DNA of 64,000 nucleotides from the NCBI GenBank assembly GCA_040756875.1, contig JBFLYH010000003.1, positions 352,001 through 416,000 on the forward strand. Reading direction: 5' to 3'. The stretch is from a candidate division FCPU426 bacterium. GTDB taxonomy: Bacteria; Oederibacteriota; JAAXVQ01; JAUVAV01. The notes under the pieces are model-generated. The model saw only the letters and a list, made by a program, of their open reading frames with translations, did no database searches and was not told the origin of the DNA. The position numbers and the translations under genes are program-made. How positions within the stretch are numbered: position 1 is the stretch's first letter; every line of letters starts with the position of its first letter. Of the stretch, positions 9,431-20,356 are shown piece after piece.

Positions 9431-9433
9431 GGA

Positions 9434-9760
9434 TTAGCGTTTGGCTTTCTTCTTGGGCGCCGCCTGCTTGTTGAGCTGGCGCTCCAACTCCTTGATCCGC
9501 CGCTCCATCTTGTTGAGCTGCGCCTGCGTGGCCAAGTTCATTTTCTGATAGGTGGCCGAAACCTGCGTGCCGACGGTCTTTTGCACGTCCTTCCGCGCCG
9601 CCTCAACTTTTTGCAGCATATCGGCCAGCACCTTTTTGCCTTCCTGTTCGCGGATCTGCCCCTGTTCCACCAGTTCCTTGACTACCCGCTGGGCCCGTTC
9701 CTTGGTCAGGCTCAGCGCGCCTACTCCGGCGAGAAAAGCTTTCTTAATGACGTCCTGCAT
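9434..9760 (-). CDS. Phasin-family (PHA granule-associated-like) protein
   Basis: IKKAFLAGVGALSLTKERAQRVVKELVEQGQI...NLATQAQL...RIKELE; typical position upstream of a UbiB-like kinase. Confidence 0.8.
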   Translation of the reverse strand: MQDVIKKAFLAGVGALSLTKERAQRVVKELVEQGQIREQEGKKVLADMLQKVEAARKDVQKTVGTQVSATYQKMNLATQAQLNKMERRIKELERQLNKQAAPKKKAKR

Positions 9761-9837
9761 GGGTTCCTCCTCGATGGGTGAAGATGTCGGCTCGCAGAGC
9801 CGTTATGCTCGCTTCCCGCCTTGCGGGAAGCAGAGTA

Positions 9838-9931
9838 TTTGAGCAGGCGAACAGTTGATCAGTAGATCGTTTCATCAGACAAATGCTCGCCTGCTCAAAT
9901 GCGGTCTACTGTTCACCTGCTCAACTGTTCA
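9838..9931. repeat. Inverted array of ~8-bp quasi-repeats (TGAGCAGG/TGAACAGT) overlapping the alaS 3' end
   Basis: TTTGAGCAGGCGA / TCGCCTGCTCAAA inverted pair plus further CTGTTCA/CTGCTCA units. Confidence 0.55.
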
Positions 9932-12563
9932 TCTTTGGATTGAACTTCTTAAACACTTCATTAATGTAGTGTTCTTCTAAAACGCTGGCTAATTTTGACG
10001 AATCCTTCAAGCCTCCTTGACCAAAGTCGGGACGCCCACCCGCTGATCCCCCAAAAGGAGAGACCAGAGCCTTCAGAAATTCACCGTTGTTAAACCCACT
10101 GTTCACTACCGATGCGGTTGCAGTAGCAGCAATAAAGGTCTTATCGTTTAAGATACTGCCTAAAACGACGAAGCCATCATCCATTTTTTGTTTTAAGGCA
10201 TCGGCTGCAGTACGTAAGGCACCGGCATCGAGCCCCGGCAATTCCGCAGCGATATAGTAATAATCTCCGATTTTTTTTCTTTTTTTCAATAATTCATCAA
10301 CATCTTTACCGGCCTGCTTGACCTGGAGTTTCTCGCGCTCCTTCTCCAATTCCCGCACGCGGGCCGCGAGTTTTTCCACCCGGGCCGGAAGCTCCGCCGT
10401 CTGGACCCGCAGGGTCTCGGCCGCGTCCCGCAGCAGGCGCTGCTCCCGCTTGGTTTCCCGGTAGGCTCCCTCGCCGGTCACGGCTTCGATACGGCGGACC
10501 CCGGCCGCTACGCTGGCTTCGGTCAGGATGCGCAGCAGCCCGATTTCACCAGTGGCGCGCACGTGCGTGCCGCCGCAGAGTTCGCAGGAAAACTGGTCCA
10601 CGCTGACCATGCGCACCCAGTCGCCGTACTTCTCGCCGAACAGGGCCATGGCGCCCCGCGCCTTGGCGGCTTCAATCGAAAGTTCCTCCACCGAGACCGG
10701 CGCGTTCTCGCGGATGTGGCCGTTGACGATCTCCTCGATCCGGTCCAGCTCGCGCGGATTCACGGCCTGAAAGTGGGAGAAATCGAAGCGGAAGCCGTCC
10801 GGCCTGACCTCCGAGCCCGCCTGCTCCACGTGCCGTCCCAGCACCTGGCGCAGGGCGGCGTGCAGCAGATGGGTGGCCGTATGGTTCCTGGCCGTGGCGG
10901 CGCGTTCCTGGTTCAGCACGTTCGCGCTGACCGCCTGCTGGACCGCGGCCGCGCCCTCCACCACCCGGCCCTGGTGCAAAAACACCCCGGCCGGGCTTTT
11001 TTGCACGTCCGTGACCTCTATCCGCAATCCGGCAGCCGTCAATTCGCCTTGGTCAGCCACCTGGCCACCCGAGGCGGCGTAGAACGGCGTGGTGTCCAGG
11101 ACCACGGTCACTTCGCTGCCTGCCGGCGCGGATTCGCAGCGCTGGTCGCCGCACAACAAAGCCAGGATTTTCGCGTCGGCCTTCAGCTGCTGGTACCCCA
11201 CGAACCGGGTGGGACCGGCCTGGGCTTCGAGCTGCTGCACCACCGGCGAAAGCGCGCGTTCGCCGCTGCCCACCCAGGCCGAGCGCGCGCGTTCGCGCTG
11301 TTCTTCCATGGCCTGCTGAAAACCCGCCTCGTCCAACCCGAGCTTGTGCTCCTGGGCGATCTCGCGCGTGAGGTCCAGGGGGAACCCGTAGGTGTCGTAG
11401 AGCTGGAAGATCCGCTTGCCGGGGATGACGGGTTTCTTTTGGGCCTTCATCTCGGCGATGATGTCGTTGAGAATGGCCAGCCCCGAGTCCAGGGTGTGCT
11501 GGAACCGTTCCTCCTCGCTGCGCACCACGGCTTCGGCGTGCGCCGCATGCTCCACGAGTTCAGGATACGCTTCGCCCATCAGTTGCGTCACGTCAGGCAC
11601 CAACCGGTACAGAAAGCGCTCGTTGAGCCCCAGCAGCTTCCCGTGGCGAACGGCCCGGCGCACGATGCGCCGCAGCACGTAGCCCCGGCCTTCGTTGCCC
11701 GGCAGCACGCCGTCCGCGATCAGGAAGGCCGCGCACCGCACGTGGTCGGCGATCACCCGCAGCGAGCTGTCCGCTCTCGGGTCCTTGCCGTAGCGCGTCA
11801 TGGTCTCCTTGGCAATGGACTGGATGAGGGGCTGGAACAGGTCCGTGTCGAAATTCGAGGGTACGCCCTGATGCACCGCAGCCAGGCGTTCGAGCCCCAT
11901 GCCGGTGTCGATGTTCTTCTGCGGCAGGGGCGTGAGCGAGCCGTCCGCCTGCCGGTCGTACTGCGTGAACACCAGGTTCCAGACCTCCAGATAGCGGTCT
12001 TCGTCCTGGTCCGGCCCGGCTTCCGGCTTGCCGGGTTTGGGGCCGATGTCATAGAGGATTTCGCTGCAGGGGCCGCAGGGGCCGGTTTCACCCATGGTCC
12101 AGAAGTTGGTCTTCTCGCCCATGCGCACGATGCGCTTCTCGGGAACGCCCACCTGATTTTTCCAAATGGCGTGGGCTTCGTCGTCCTCGCGGTGCACGGT
12201 GATCCAGAGTTTTTCCTTGTCCAGGCCGATGACGTTCACCAGGAAGTCCCAGGACCACTGGATGGCGTCGGTCTTGAAATAATCGCCGAAGGAAAAATTG
12301 CCCAGCATTTCGAAGAAAGTGTGGTGCCGCGGGGTGAAGCCGACGTTCTCGATGTCGTTGGTGCGCACGCATTTCTGGGAAGTGGCGGCGCGGGTGAAAG
12401 GTTTGGGCACGGTGCCCAAAAAATAAGGTTTGAACTGCACCATGCCGGCCACCGTAAACAGCACGGTGGGATCAGCCGGTACCAGGCTGGCGCTGGGCCG
12501 GATGGTGTGGCCCTGCGCCTGGAAATAGTCGAGAAACTTTTTCCGGATTTCTTTGCTCGTCAT
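9921..12563 (-). CDS. alaS: Alanine--tRNA ligase
   Basis: HHTFFEMLGNFSFGDYFK, IDTGMGLERL, editing-domain HTATH and ELCGGTH, C-terminal DHHA1 GGSAGGRPDFGQGG. Confidence 0.99.
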   Translation of the reverse strand: MTSKEIRKKFLDYFQAQGHTIRPSASLVPADPTVLFTVAGMVQFKPYFLGTVPKPFTRAATSQKCVRTNDIENVGFTPRHHTFFEMLGNFSFGDYFKTDAIQWSWDFLVNVIGLDKEKLWITVHREDDEAHAIWKNQVGVPEKRIVRMGEKTNFWTMGETGPCGPCSEILYDIGPKPGKPEAGPDQDEDRYLEVWNLVFTQYDRQADGSLTPLPQKNIDTGMGLERLAAVHQGVPSNFDTDLFQPLIQSIAKETMTRYGKDPRADSSLRVIADHVRCAAFLIADGVLPGNEGRGYVLRRIVRRAVRHGKLLGLNERFLYRLVPDVTQLMGEAYPELVEHAAHAEAVVRSEEERFQHTLDSGLAILNDIIAEMKAQKKPVIPGKRIFQLYDTYGFPLDLTREIAQEHKLGLDEAGFQQAMEEQRERARSAWVGSGERALSPVVQQLEAQAGPTRFVGYQQLKADAKILALLCGDQRCESAPAGSEVTVVLDTTPFYAASGGQVADQGELTAAGLRIEVTDVQKSPAGVFLHQGRVVEGAAAVQQAVSANVLNQERAATARNHTATHLLHAALRQVLGRHVEQAGSEVRPDGFRFDFSHFQAVNPRELDRIEEIVNGHIRENAPVSVEELSIEAAKARGAMALFGEKYGDWVRMVSVDQFSCELCGGTHVRATGEIGLLRILTEASVAAGVRRIEAVTGEGAYRETKREQRLLRDAAETLRVQTAELPARVEKLAARVRELEKEREKLQVKQAGKDVDELLKKRKKIGDYYYIAAELPGLDAGALRTAADALKQKMDDGFVVLGSILNDKTFIAATATASVVNSGFNNGEFLKALVSPFGGSAGGRPDFGQGGLKDSSKLASVLEEHYINEVFKKFNPKMNS

Positions 12564-13264
12564 GCTTGCTCCTTTTCATCGCTTTCCCCGGGCAGCGCCC
12601 GGTCCACGGCCCGGAAAATGTCCTCCGGCCCGAACCCGCGCCTGGCCAGAAACCCGGCCAACCGGCGCCGGCCGGTCTCGCGGGGCAAATTGCGGTAGGC
12701 CTTGGCTTTACGCTGGGCCAGCTCCAGGCAGGATTCGGCCTCGTCCCTGAGCATTCCAGGGACTTCGGCGCCGGGCATTCCAGGGGCTTCGGCGCCGTCC
12801 ACGGCTCCGCTCTCTTCCAGGGCCGCCTCCACGGTCTCGCGGGCCACCCCGCGCTTGAGCAGTTCGCCGCGCAGCCGCCGCCTGCCCACTTCGCCGCCGC
12901 GCAGGCGGTCCTGCACCAGGGAGACGGCCAGGGCGTGGTCGTTCAGCAGGCCGGCCTGCTCCAGGCGGTCCAAAACGCGCCCCGCGATTTCCGGCCGGAT
13001 GTCCAGCCGCCGCAGCCGGTCTTGAAGTTCCCGGCGCGTGCGTCCATGCGCCGAGAGCCAGGTCAGGCACTTCTCCCGGGCCCGGACTTCTTCCTCGCGG
13101 TCCAACAACCGCGCCAGATCATCCGGCTCGACCGGATCGCCCACTTTCAGATGCAGCTCAGCCGCCACTTCCCGCTCCACTCCGGCGAAAAATTCCCCGT
13201 CAATGAAGACCGCCAAGCGCTGGCGGCGTTTTTGTTGGGGCTTGAGCGCGGTAATCACGGGCAT
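12560..13264 (-). CDS. recX: Regulatory protein RecX
   Basis: MPVITALKPQ...VFIDGEF, RTRRELQDRL, GLLND, LLKRGV, FLARRGF; 4-nt overlap with the alaS start. Confidence 0.9.
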   Translation of the reverse strand: MPVITALKPQQKRRQRLAVFIDGEFFAGVEREVAAELHLKVGDPVEPDDLARLLDREEEVRAREKCLTWLSAHGRTRRELQDRLRRLDIRPEIAGRVLDRLEQAGLLNDHALAVSLVQDRLRGGEVGRRRLRGELLKRGVARETVEAALEESGAVDGAEAPGMPGAEVPGMLRDEAESCLELAQRKAKAYRNLPRETGRRRLAGFLARRGFGPEDIFRAVDRALPGESDEKEQA

Positions 13265-13367
13265 GGCGGCGTCCCTGTATTGTAATGATTTCGGCTTTGA
13301 AAAGAAAGGCAAATTCAGCCCGGCTCCATCGCTTGCCGGGCCATGACTTTTTTACCCTTTTGGGTTG

Positions 13368-13412
13368 AAAAAGTCAACGGCCCGGGAGCGAGGAGTGCGC
13401 GCCCGGGCCGTT
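13368..13412 (-). terminator. Probable intrinsic terminator 3' of rnpB
   Basis: 11-bp stem AACGGCCCGGG/CCCGGGCCGTT followed by GACTTTTT on the minus strand. Confidence 0.6.
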
Positions 13413-13421
13413 CCACTTCAG

Positions 13422-13797
13422 GGGAGTAGTCCGTAAGCCGAGTTCTGTCCCCCTTGCGGGGTGACGGTCATTTCTCTGGGACCGGCCTTGCGGCCGGCCT
13501 CTAGCGACCAACCCGAGGGCGCCGCGGGTCACGGTTTCCGGCGAAACAGCCGCCGGAGCCCTCCTATTTGGTCTTGCTCCAAGTGGGGTTTGCCCTGCCG
13601 CGCCGGTCACCCGGCGCGCGGTGAGCTCTTACCTCGCCTTTTCACCCTTACCGCCCGCCTTGCGGCGGGAGGCGGTATGTTTTCTGTGGCACTTTCCTTC
13701 GCGTCGCCGCGACTGGGTGTTACCCAGCACTCTACCCTGGGAGCTCGGACTTTCCTCTCCGGGCGCGAAGCCCGGAGCGACCGTCTGGACTACTCCC
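13422..13797 (-). ncRNA. rnpB: RNase P RNA (bacterial class A)
   Basis: Minus strand contains GAGGAAAGTCCGAGCTC near the 5' end, AGTGCCACAGAAAAC, GGTAAGAGCTCAC, GGCAAACCCCAC, and ACAGAACTCGGCTTACGG at the 3' end; P1 pairs GGGAGTAGTCC with GGACTACTCCC. Confidence 0.97.
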
Positions 13798-13859
13798 GTG
13801 CGATCGATTCGCTTCGGGAAGCGATCGCAATCACCTGCTCCCCTCTCGCCTGCTCTGTT

Positions 13860-14453
13860 CTACTGGTTAAAATCGACTTTCGGCGGTTGTTTCGCGCCTT
13901 CCTCCGCCTCGAACAAGGGCGCCTTCTCGAACTTGAACATGCCGGCGATGATGTTCTTCGGAAACACGCGTATGCTCTGGTTGAATTGCTTCACCAGTTC
14001 GTTGTAGCGCATGCGTTCGACCGCGATGCGGTTTTCCGTGCCCGCCAGCTCGTCCTGCAGCTGCCGGAAATTCTGGTCGGACTTCAACTGCGGATAATTT
14101 TCCACGATCGCGAGCAGTCGGCCCAGGAACCCGGTCATCTCGTTGGCCGCGTTGATTTTCTCGCCCACGTTCTGCGCGCCCGACAGCTTGGCGCGCGCAT
14201 TGGCCACGTTTTCGAAAATGCCCTTCTCCTGCTTGGCGTAGCCTTTGACCGTGGCCACCAGGTTGGGGATCAGATCGTTCCGCCGCTGCAGCTGGTTCTC
14301 CACCTGCGACCAGGCGGTTTTAACCGACTCATCCAGGCGTACCAGGCTATTGTAGCCGCCGATCACGTAGAACACCACGCCAATGACCACGAGCACTACG
14401 ACCACCAAAATGACACCTACCATTGACAACACTGCCAACCCTGTCTTTTCCAT
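13860..14453 (-). CDS. lemA: LemA family protein
   Basis: N-terminal TM, YNSLV, WSQVENQLQRRNDLIPNLV, ENYPQLKSDQNF, TENRIAVER. Confidence 0.96.
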   Translation of the reverse strand: MEKTGLAVLSMVGVILVVVVLVVIGVVFYVIGGYNSLVRLDESVKTAWSQVENQLQRRNDLIPNLVATVKGYAKQEKGIFENVANARAKLSGAQNVGEKINAANEMTGFLGRLLAIVENYPQLKSDQNFRQLQDELAGTENRIAVERMRYNELVKQFNQSIRVFPKNIIAGMFKFEKAPLFEAEEGAKQPPKVDFNQ

Positions 14454-14539
14454 GCCTTTAATATCCTCCTTCTTTATGCGTTATCTTCACCGTTCTCTTT
14501 TCCTGGGTTGTTCGAGGCTGGGCCTCGAACAACCTATAA

Positions 14540-15322
14540 TCACCATCTCCCTCCCACACCGCCGCCGCCTGAAAAGCCGCCGCCAAATCCTCCGAACCCT
14601 CCTCCGAAACCGCCGCCGCCTGATCCATAAAACCCCCCGCCAATGCCGGTTGGTCCCCCCCACCCGGTGCCGGTTAGACCCCGCTTGCGCCGGTAATACG
14701 ACGCCCAGGCCACATAAATGAACAGAACCAGCAGCGTGACCAGCAGTACAATCGCCTGGTCCCGGTTGTCATTGCGCGGACGGCGGGCAGCCGTGCCCGT
14801 CAGTTGGACTCCGGCGTCCTTGGCAATGTCCTGGGCAATGACACGGCCGATGTTGGCCAGCCCGGCGCCGATTTGCCCTTGCCGCAGATAAGGGACAAGG
14901 TATTCGTCCCGGTAACGGCCCAGCTTCCCGTCCGGTAAAATCCCCTCCAGGCCGTAGCCCGTGACCAGGCGCAGGCGGCGGCCTTTGAGATCCAGTAAAA
15001 TCAGCAGCCCATTGTCCTTGCCTTGTTTGCCGATCTTCCAGCGGTCGAAGACGGCCATGGCGTAGGTGAAGTCATCCCAGGGTTCGATGCTGGGCATGAT
15101 GACGAAAACCAGCTGGGCCGTGGTGGCCTGCTCCAGGGATTCCGAAATCCCGGTCAGGGTCGCGGTCTCGGCCGGGGACAGCACGCCGGCATAATCGTTC
15201 ACGAAGCCGCGCGGCTGGGGGATCTCGGGAACCGCGTTGGTTACGGCGGCCCGGGCCGCAGCCGTCCAAGCCAGCAGCCCGGCCAGCAGCAGGATTCTAC
15301 AAGCGGTCGACCTGGGCTGCAA
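14540..15322 (-). CDS. TPM domain (YgcG/DUF477) membrane protein
   Basis: FVNDYAGVL, WKIGKQGKDNGLLIL, TGYGLEGILPD; Gly-rich tail ending FSGGGGVGGRW; start uncertain. Confidence 0.92.
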   Translation of the reverse strand: MQPRSTACRILLLAGLLAWTAAARAAVTNAVPEIPQPRGFVNDYAGVLSPAETATLTGISESLEQATTAQLVFVIMPSIEPWDDFTYAMAVFDRWKIGKQGKDNGLLILLDLKGRRLRLVTGYGLEGILPDGKLGRYRDEYLVPYLRQGQIGAGLANIGRVIAQDIAKDAGVQLTGTAARRPRNDNRDQAIVLLVTLLVLFIYVAWASYYRRKRGLTGTGWGGPTGIGGGFYGSGGGGFGGGFGGFGGGFSGGGGVGGRW

Positions 15323-16010
15323 TTCGGGTCACCTCGTGGAGGTATTGCTGGCAAAGCGTTTCCAGTTCCCCGCGGTTCCGCTTGGCCTGCCCGGCCTTGA
15401 GGTCCCGCAGGTGCTGCAGCACAGGCCCGTCAACCCGGTAGTGCTTGGCCAGAGCCGCGTCGATTTCCTCTTTTTTCACCGGCGGCGCGACACGCTTCAA
15501 CCGCAAGGCCGCGCGAAAGGCCGGGTAATTGGCATTGTGGGCCGCAAGCAGCAACTGCCGCAGCGGCGCGGCGTCCTTGCCGATTTCCAGGTAGCTCTGC
15601 CGCAGGCGCAGGAGGCGGCCTTTGAGTTCGTGTTCACATTCGTGCCGCAGGTTTTTCAAATCAATGCGCAGTTTCGTGAAGGGGTCCTGCCCCCACAGTA
15701 AGCGGTGTTTTTCCTTGATCTCGAGGTATTCAATGGGAAAAACGTCCGCCGAGGTGCGGATATGCTCCGAGGTCAGCATCAGCGGCGTCGACAATTTGAC
15801 TTTCCGGTGCTTCTGGACAAAGCTGCGCAAGCGCTCCAAATCCGCGAGTTCCACCGCTTTGAGGATCAAGACCAGATTGATATCCGACACGCCGGGCAGG
15901 TAATCCGCGGTGGCCGCCGAACCGTAGACCGCCAACCCCAGCAGGTTGCCGCCGAAAAGGCCCCGGATCTCCGCCTGCGCCTCTGCCAGCCAGCTTTCCA
16001 AATGGTTCAT
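15297..16010 (-). CDS. Nucleotidyltransferase-fold protein of the LemA/TPM locus
   Basis: YGSAATADYLPGVSDIN (GS...DxN variant of the polymerase-beta NTase motif), SADVFPIEY, CEHELKGRLLRLRQ. Confidence 0.75.
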   Translation of the reverse strand: MNHLESWLAEAQAEIRGLFGGNLLGLAVYGSAATADYLPGVSDINLVLILKAVELADLERLRSFVQKHRKVKLSTPLMLTSEHIRTSADVFPIEYLEIKEKHRLLWGQDPFTKLRIDLKNLRHECEHELKGRLLRLRQSYLEIGKDAAPLRQLLLAAHNANYPAFRAALRLKRVAPPVKKEEIDAALAKHYRVDGPVLQHLRDLKAGQAKRNRGELETLCQQYLHEVTRIAAQVDRL

Positions 16011-16396
16011 GGTGTCCCGGCCCCCTTGCTCTTCAACTGGCGCTCCACATGCCGCAAGAGCCGCTCGGCTGTGCAGGGTTTGACCAGATAATCATCCGCC
16101 CCGCCCTCGGCGGCCAGCCGCAGGGCTTCCTGGTGGGAGAGCGCGCTCAGGAAAATTATCGGGATATGCTTGGTGTTCGGGTTCTCTTTAATGATCTGGC
16201 AAACCTCATACCCATTAACACGCGGCAGCATAATGTCCAAAATGATCAAATCCGGCCGCTCGCGGGACACGGCCTGCAGAGCCTCCCACCCGCGTTGAAA
16301 GGTCTGGACTTCATACCCCCGGCTTTCGAGCACGTCTTTGAACAATTCGACGATGCCGGGGTCGTCGTCAACCAGGATGATCCGTTTTCCGGCCAT
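16007..16396 (-). CDS. Single-domain response regulator receiver
   Basis: ILVDDD, PDLIILDIMLP, IIFLSA, GADDYLVKP; start moved to MAGKRIILV. Confidence 0.92.
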   Translation of the reverse strand: MAGKRIILVDDDPGIVELFKDVLESRGYEVQTFQRGWEALQAVSRERPDLIILDIMLPRVNGYEVCQIIKENPNTKHIPIIFLSALSHQEALRLAAEGGADDYLVKPCTAERLLRHVERQLKSKGAGTP

Positions 16397-16398
16397 GC

Positions 16399-17373
16399 CT
16401 ATTCCCCTTTCAAGCCCAGGACGCTGCCCGGGCCGACGCGGTACCCGCAGGTAAACGCCTGCGCGGTCATCTGCCTGCTGTTCTCGCACTGGACCTGCAA
16501 TACATGCAAGGTCGTGCCCTGGCCTGCGGCCACCAGCCAGCCGCCTTTGTGCTCCACCTTCAATATGCTCCCGGCGGGCGTGGAAGGTGAAACCTTCTGG
16601 CCGCCCGGTTTGGTCAGCAGGATTTTAAGCGTTTCGCCCGCGGCTTCGGTATAAGCTCCGGGCCAGGGCTGCACGCCCCGGACCCGGTTATGCAGTTCCA
16701 GGGCCGTCTGCGTCCAGTCCAGGTGCCCGTCTTCCCGGCTCAGCCGCGGCGCGAAAGTCGCCTGGCTCTCGTCCTGGGGCGTGCCGGCCCGCCGGCCTTC
16801 GCGGGCCAGCAGGTCCAGGGCTTGCGCCATGAGCGGTCCGCCCAGGGCGGAGAGCCGCGCGAACAAATCCGCCGCAGTCTGGTCCGGATGGATGGCGGTC
16901 TTGTCCTGGACGAGAATATCGCCGCTGTCCACGCGTTCGGCCATGCGCTGGACGGTCACGCCGGTTTCCGTTTCGCCGCGAATGATCGCCCATTGGATCG
17001 GCGCCGCCCCGCGGTACTTGGGCAGCAGCGAAGCGTGCAAATTCACGGCGCCCAGCGGGGCGAGCGTCAAAAGCGGCGCCTTGAGAATTTGGCCGTAGGC
17101 CGCCACCACGAGCACATCCGCCCTGAGTTCCCGCAGCTGCTCCACCACCGCGGGTTCATTCACCTGCGACGGCTGCAAGATCTTCGCACCCAGCTCCTGC
17201 GCTGCGCGCTTGACGGGGCTGAAAGACGTCTGGTAACCCCGGCCCTGCGGCTTGTCAGGCCCGGTGACGACCGCGGCCACGGGAAACCCCGCTTGCGCCA
17301 GATGCCGCAGCGTGGGTACCCCGAAATCGGGAGTGCCCATGAAGATCAAGCGCGGATGGCTGCCGGCGGCCAT
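16399..17373 (-). CDS. fmt: Methionyl-tRNA formyltransferase
   Basis: IFMGTPDF, VAAYGQIL, NLHASLLPKYRGAAPIQWA, PWPGA. Confidence 0.98.
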   Translation of the reverse strand: MAAGSHPRLIFMGTPDFGVPTLRHLAQAGFPVAAVVTGPDKPQGRGYQTSFSPVKRAAQELGAKILQPSQVNEPAVVEQLRELRADVLVVAAYGQILKAPLLTLAPLGAVNLHASLLPKYRGAAPIQWAIIRGETETGVTVQRMAERVDSGDILVQDKTAIHPDQTAADLFARLSALGGPLMAQALDLLAREGRRAGTPQDESQATFAPRLSREDGHLDWTQTALELHNRVRGVQPWPGAYTEAAGETLKILLTKPGGQKVSPSTPAGSILKVEHKGGWLVAAGQGTTLHVLQVQCENSRQMTAQAFTCGYRVGPGSVLGLKGE

Positions 17374-17422
17374 GTGGATTATACCCCTTCACCGGATACC
17401 CTGCAGCAACCCGCAGGGTCAT

Positions 17423-17968
17423 TCACAGTTTCGCCGCTTTCCGGCCGGCCAGGGCGTTCCTGGTCGCGCGTGCGATCTCCCGCAGCTGCTTGTTCAGCCG
17501 CACCCGGTGGACCAGATTCATCCGTTCGATGAAAACGATGCCGTCCAAATGGTCCAGTTCATGCTGAAAAGCCCGGCCGACCATGCCTGCGCCGCGGATC
17601 AAGACCTGCTTTCCCTCCAGGTCCACGCCCTCTATCTCCACCTCCAGCGCCCGTTCGACGGGCCCCCAGAGCTGGGGGAATGACAAACAGCCTTCGTCCA
17701 GCGTTTCCTTTTCTTTGCTGCGGAAAGTGATCTTTGGGTTGATGATGATGTGGGTGACCGGCGGCCCGACTTTGGCCGGCACTTCCACCACAAACAGGCG
17801 CTCGGCGACGCCGACTTGGTTCGCCGCCAGCCCCAACCCGTTTTCAGCCCGCATGGTTTCCAGCATATCGCGGGCCAGCTGGCGGATGCGGTCATCCACC
17901 TGCTTGATCTCCTTGGCACGCGTTTTTAACACCGGATGGCCCCAGGTGCAAATGGGCAAAATGGCCAT
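17423..17968 (-). CDS. def: Peptide deformylase
   Basis: GLGLAANQVG, EGCLS, QHELDHLDG. Confidence 0.98.
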   Translation of the reverse strand: MAILPICTWGHPVLKTRAKEIKQVDDRIRQLARDMLETMRAENGLGLAANQVGVAERLFVVEVPAKVGPPVTHIIINPKITFRSKEKETLDEGCLSFPQLWGPVERALEVEIEGVDLEGKQVLIRGAGMVGRAFQHELDHLDGIVFIERMNLVHRVRLNKQLREIARATRNALAGRKAAKL

Positions 17969-17993
17969 TTCACGTTCCTCCTGCGAGGGAGGT

Positions 17994-18023
17994 ATTATAT
18001 AACACTTCCGTAAAAGGTTGCAA
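17994..18023 (-). promoter_or_regulatory. Sigma70-like promoter for def-fmt
   Basis: TTGCAA-18 nt-TATAAT on the minus strand, ~25 nt upstream of def. Confidence 0.5.
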
Positions 18024-18044
18024 GGCTGGCATCCCCGGGTTTGC

Positions 18045-20225
<2,181 letters not shown>

Positions 20226-20356
20226 CGGCGACTCCCAGGGGAATGGTTCAAAGCTTCCGCATTATGCGCCACCCGGCGGGGGATGACAAGCCCAGAAAAT
20301 AAAACCGGCCCGGGCTAGAAAACGCCCGGGCCGGTTCACTAAAGCGAGAGCGGCGT

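Noticed and set aside
7979-12698. Long plus-strand ORFs (600 aa, 711 aa)
   Set aside because: Antisense shadows of the ubiB-like gene and alaS, typical of high-GC DNA.
13374-14426. ORFs 13374-13610, 13461-14426 and 13621-14007
   Set aside because: They overlap the RNase P RNA gene and lemA.
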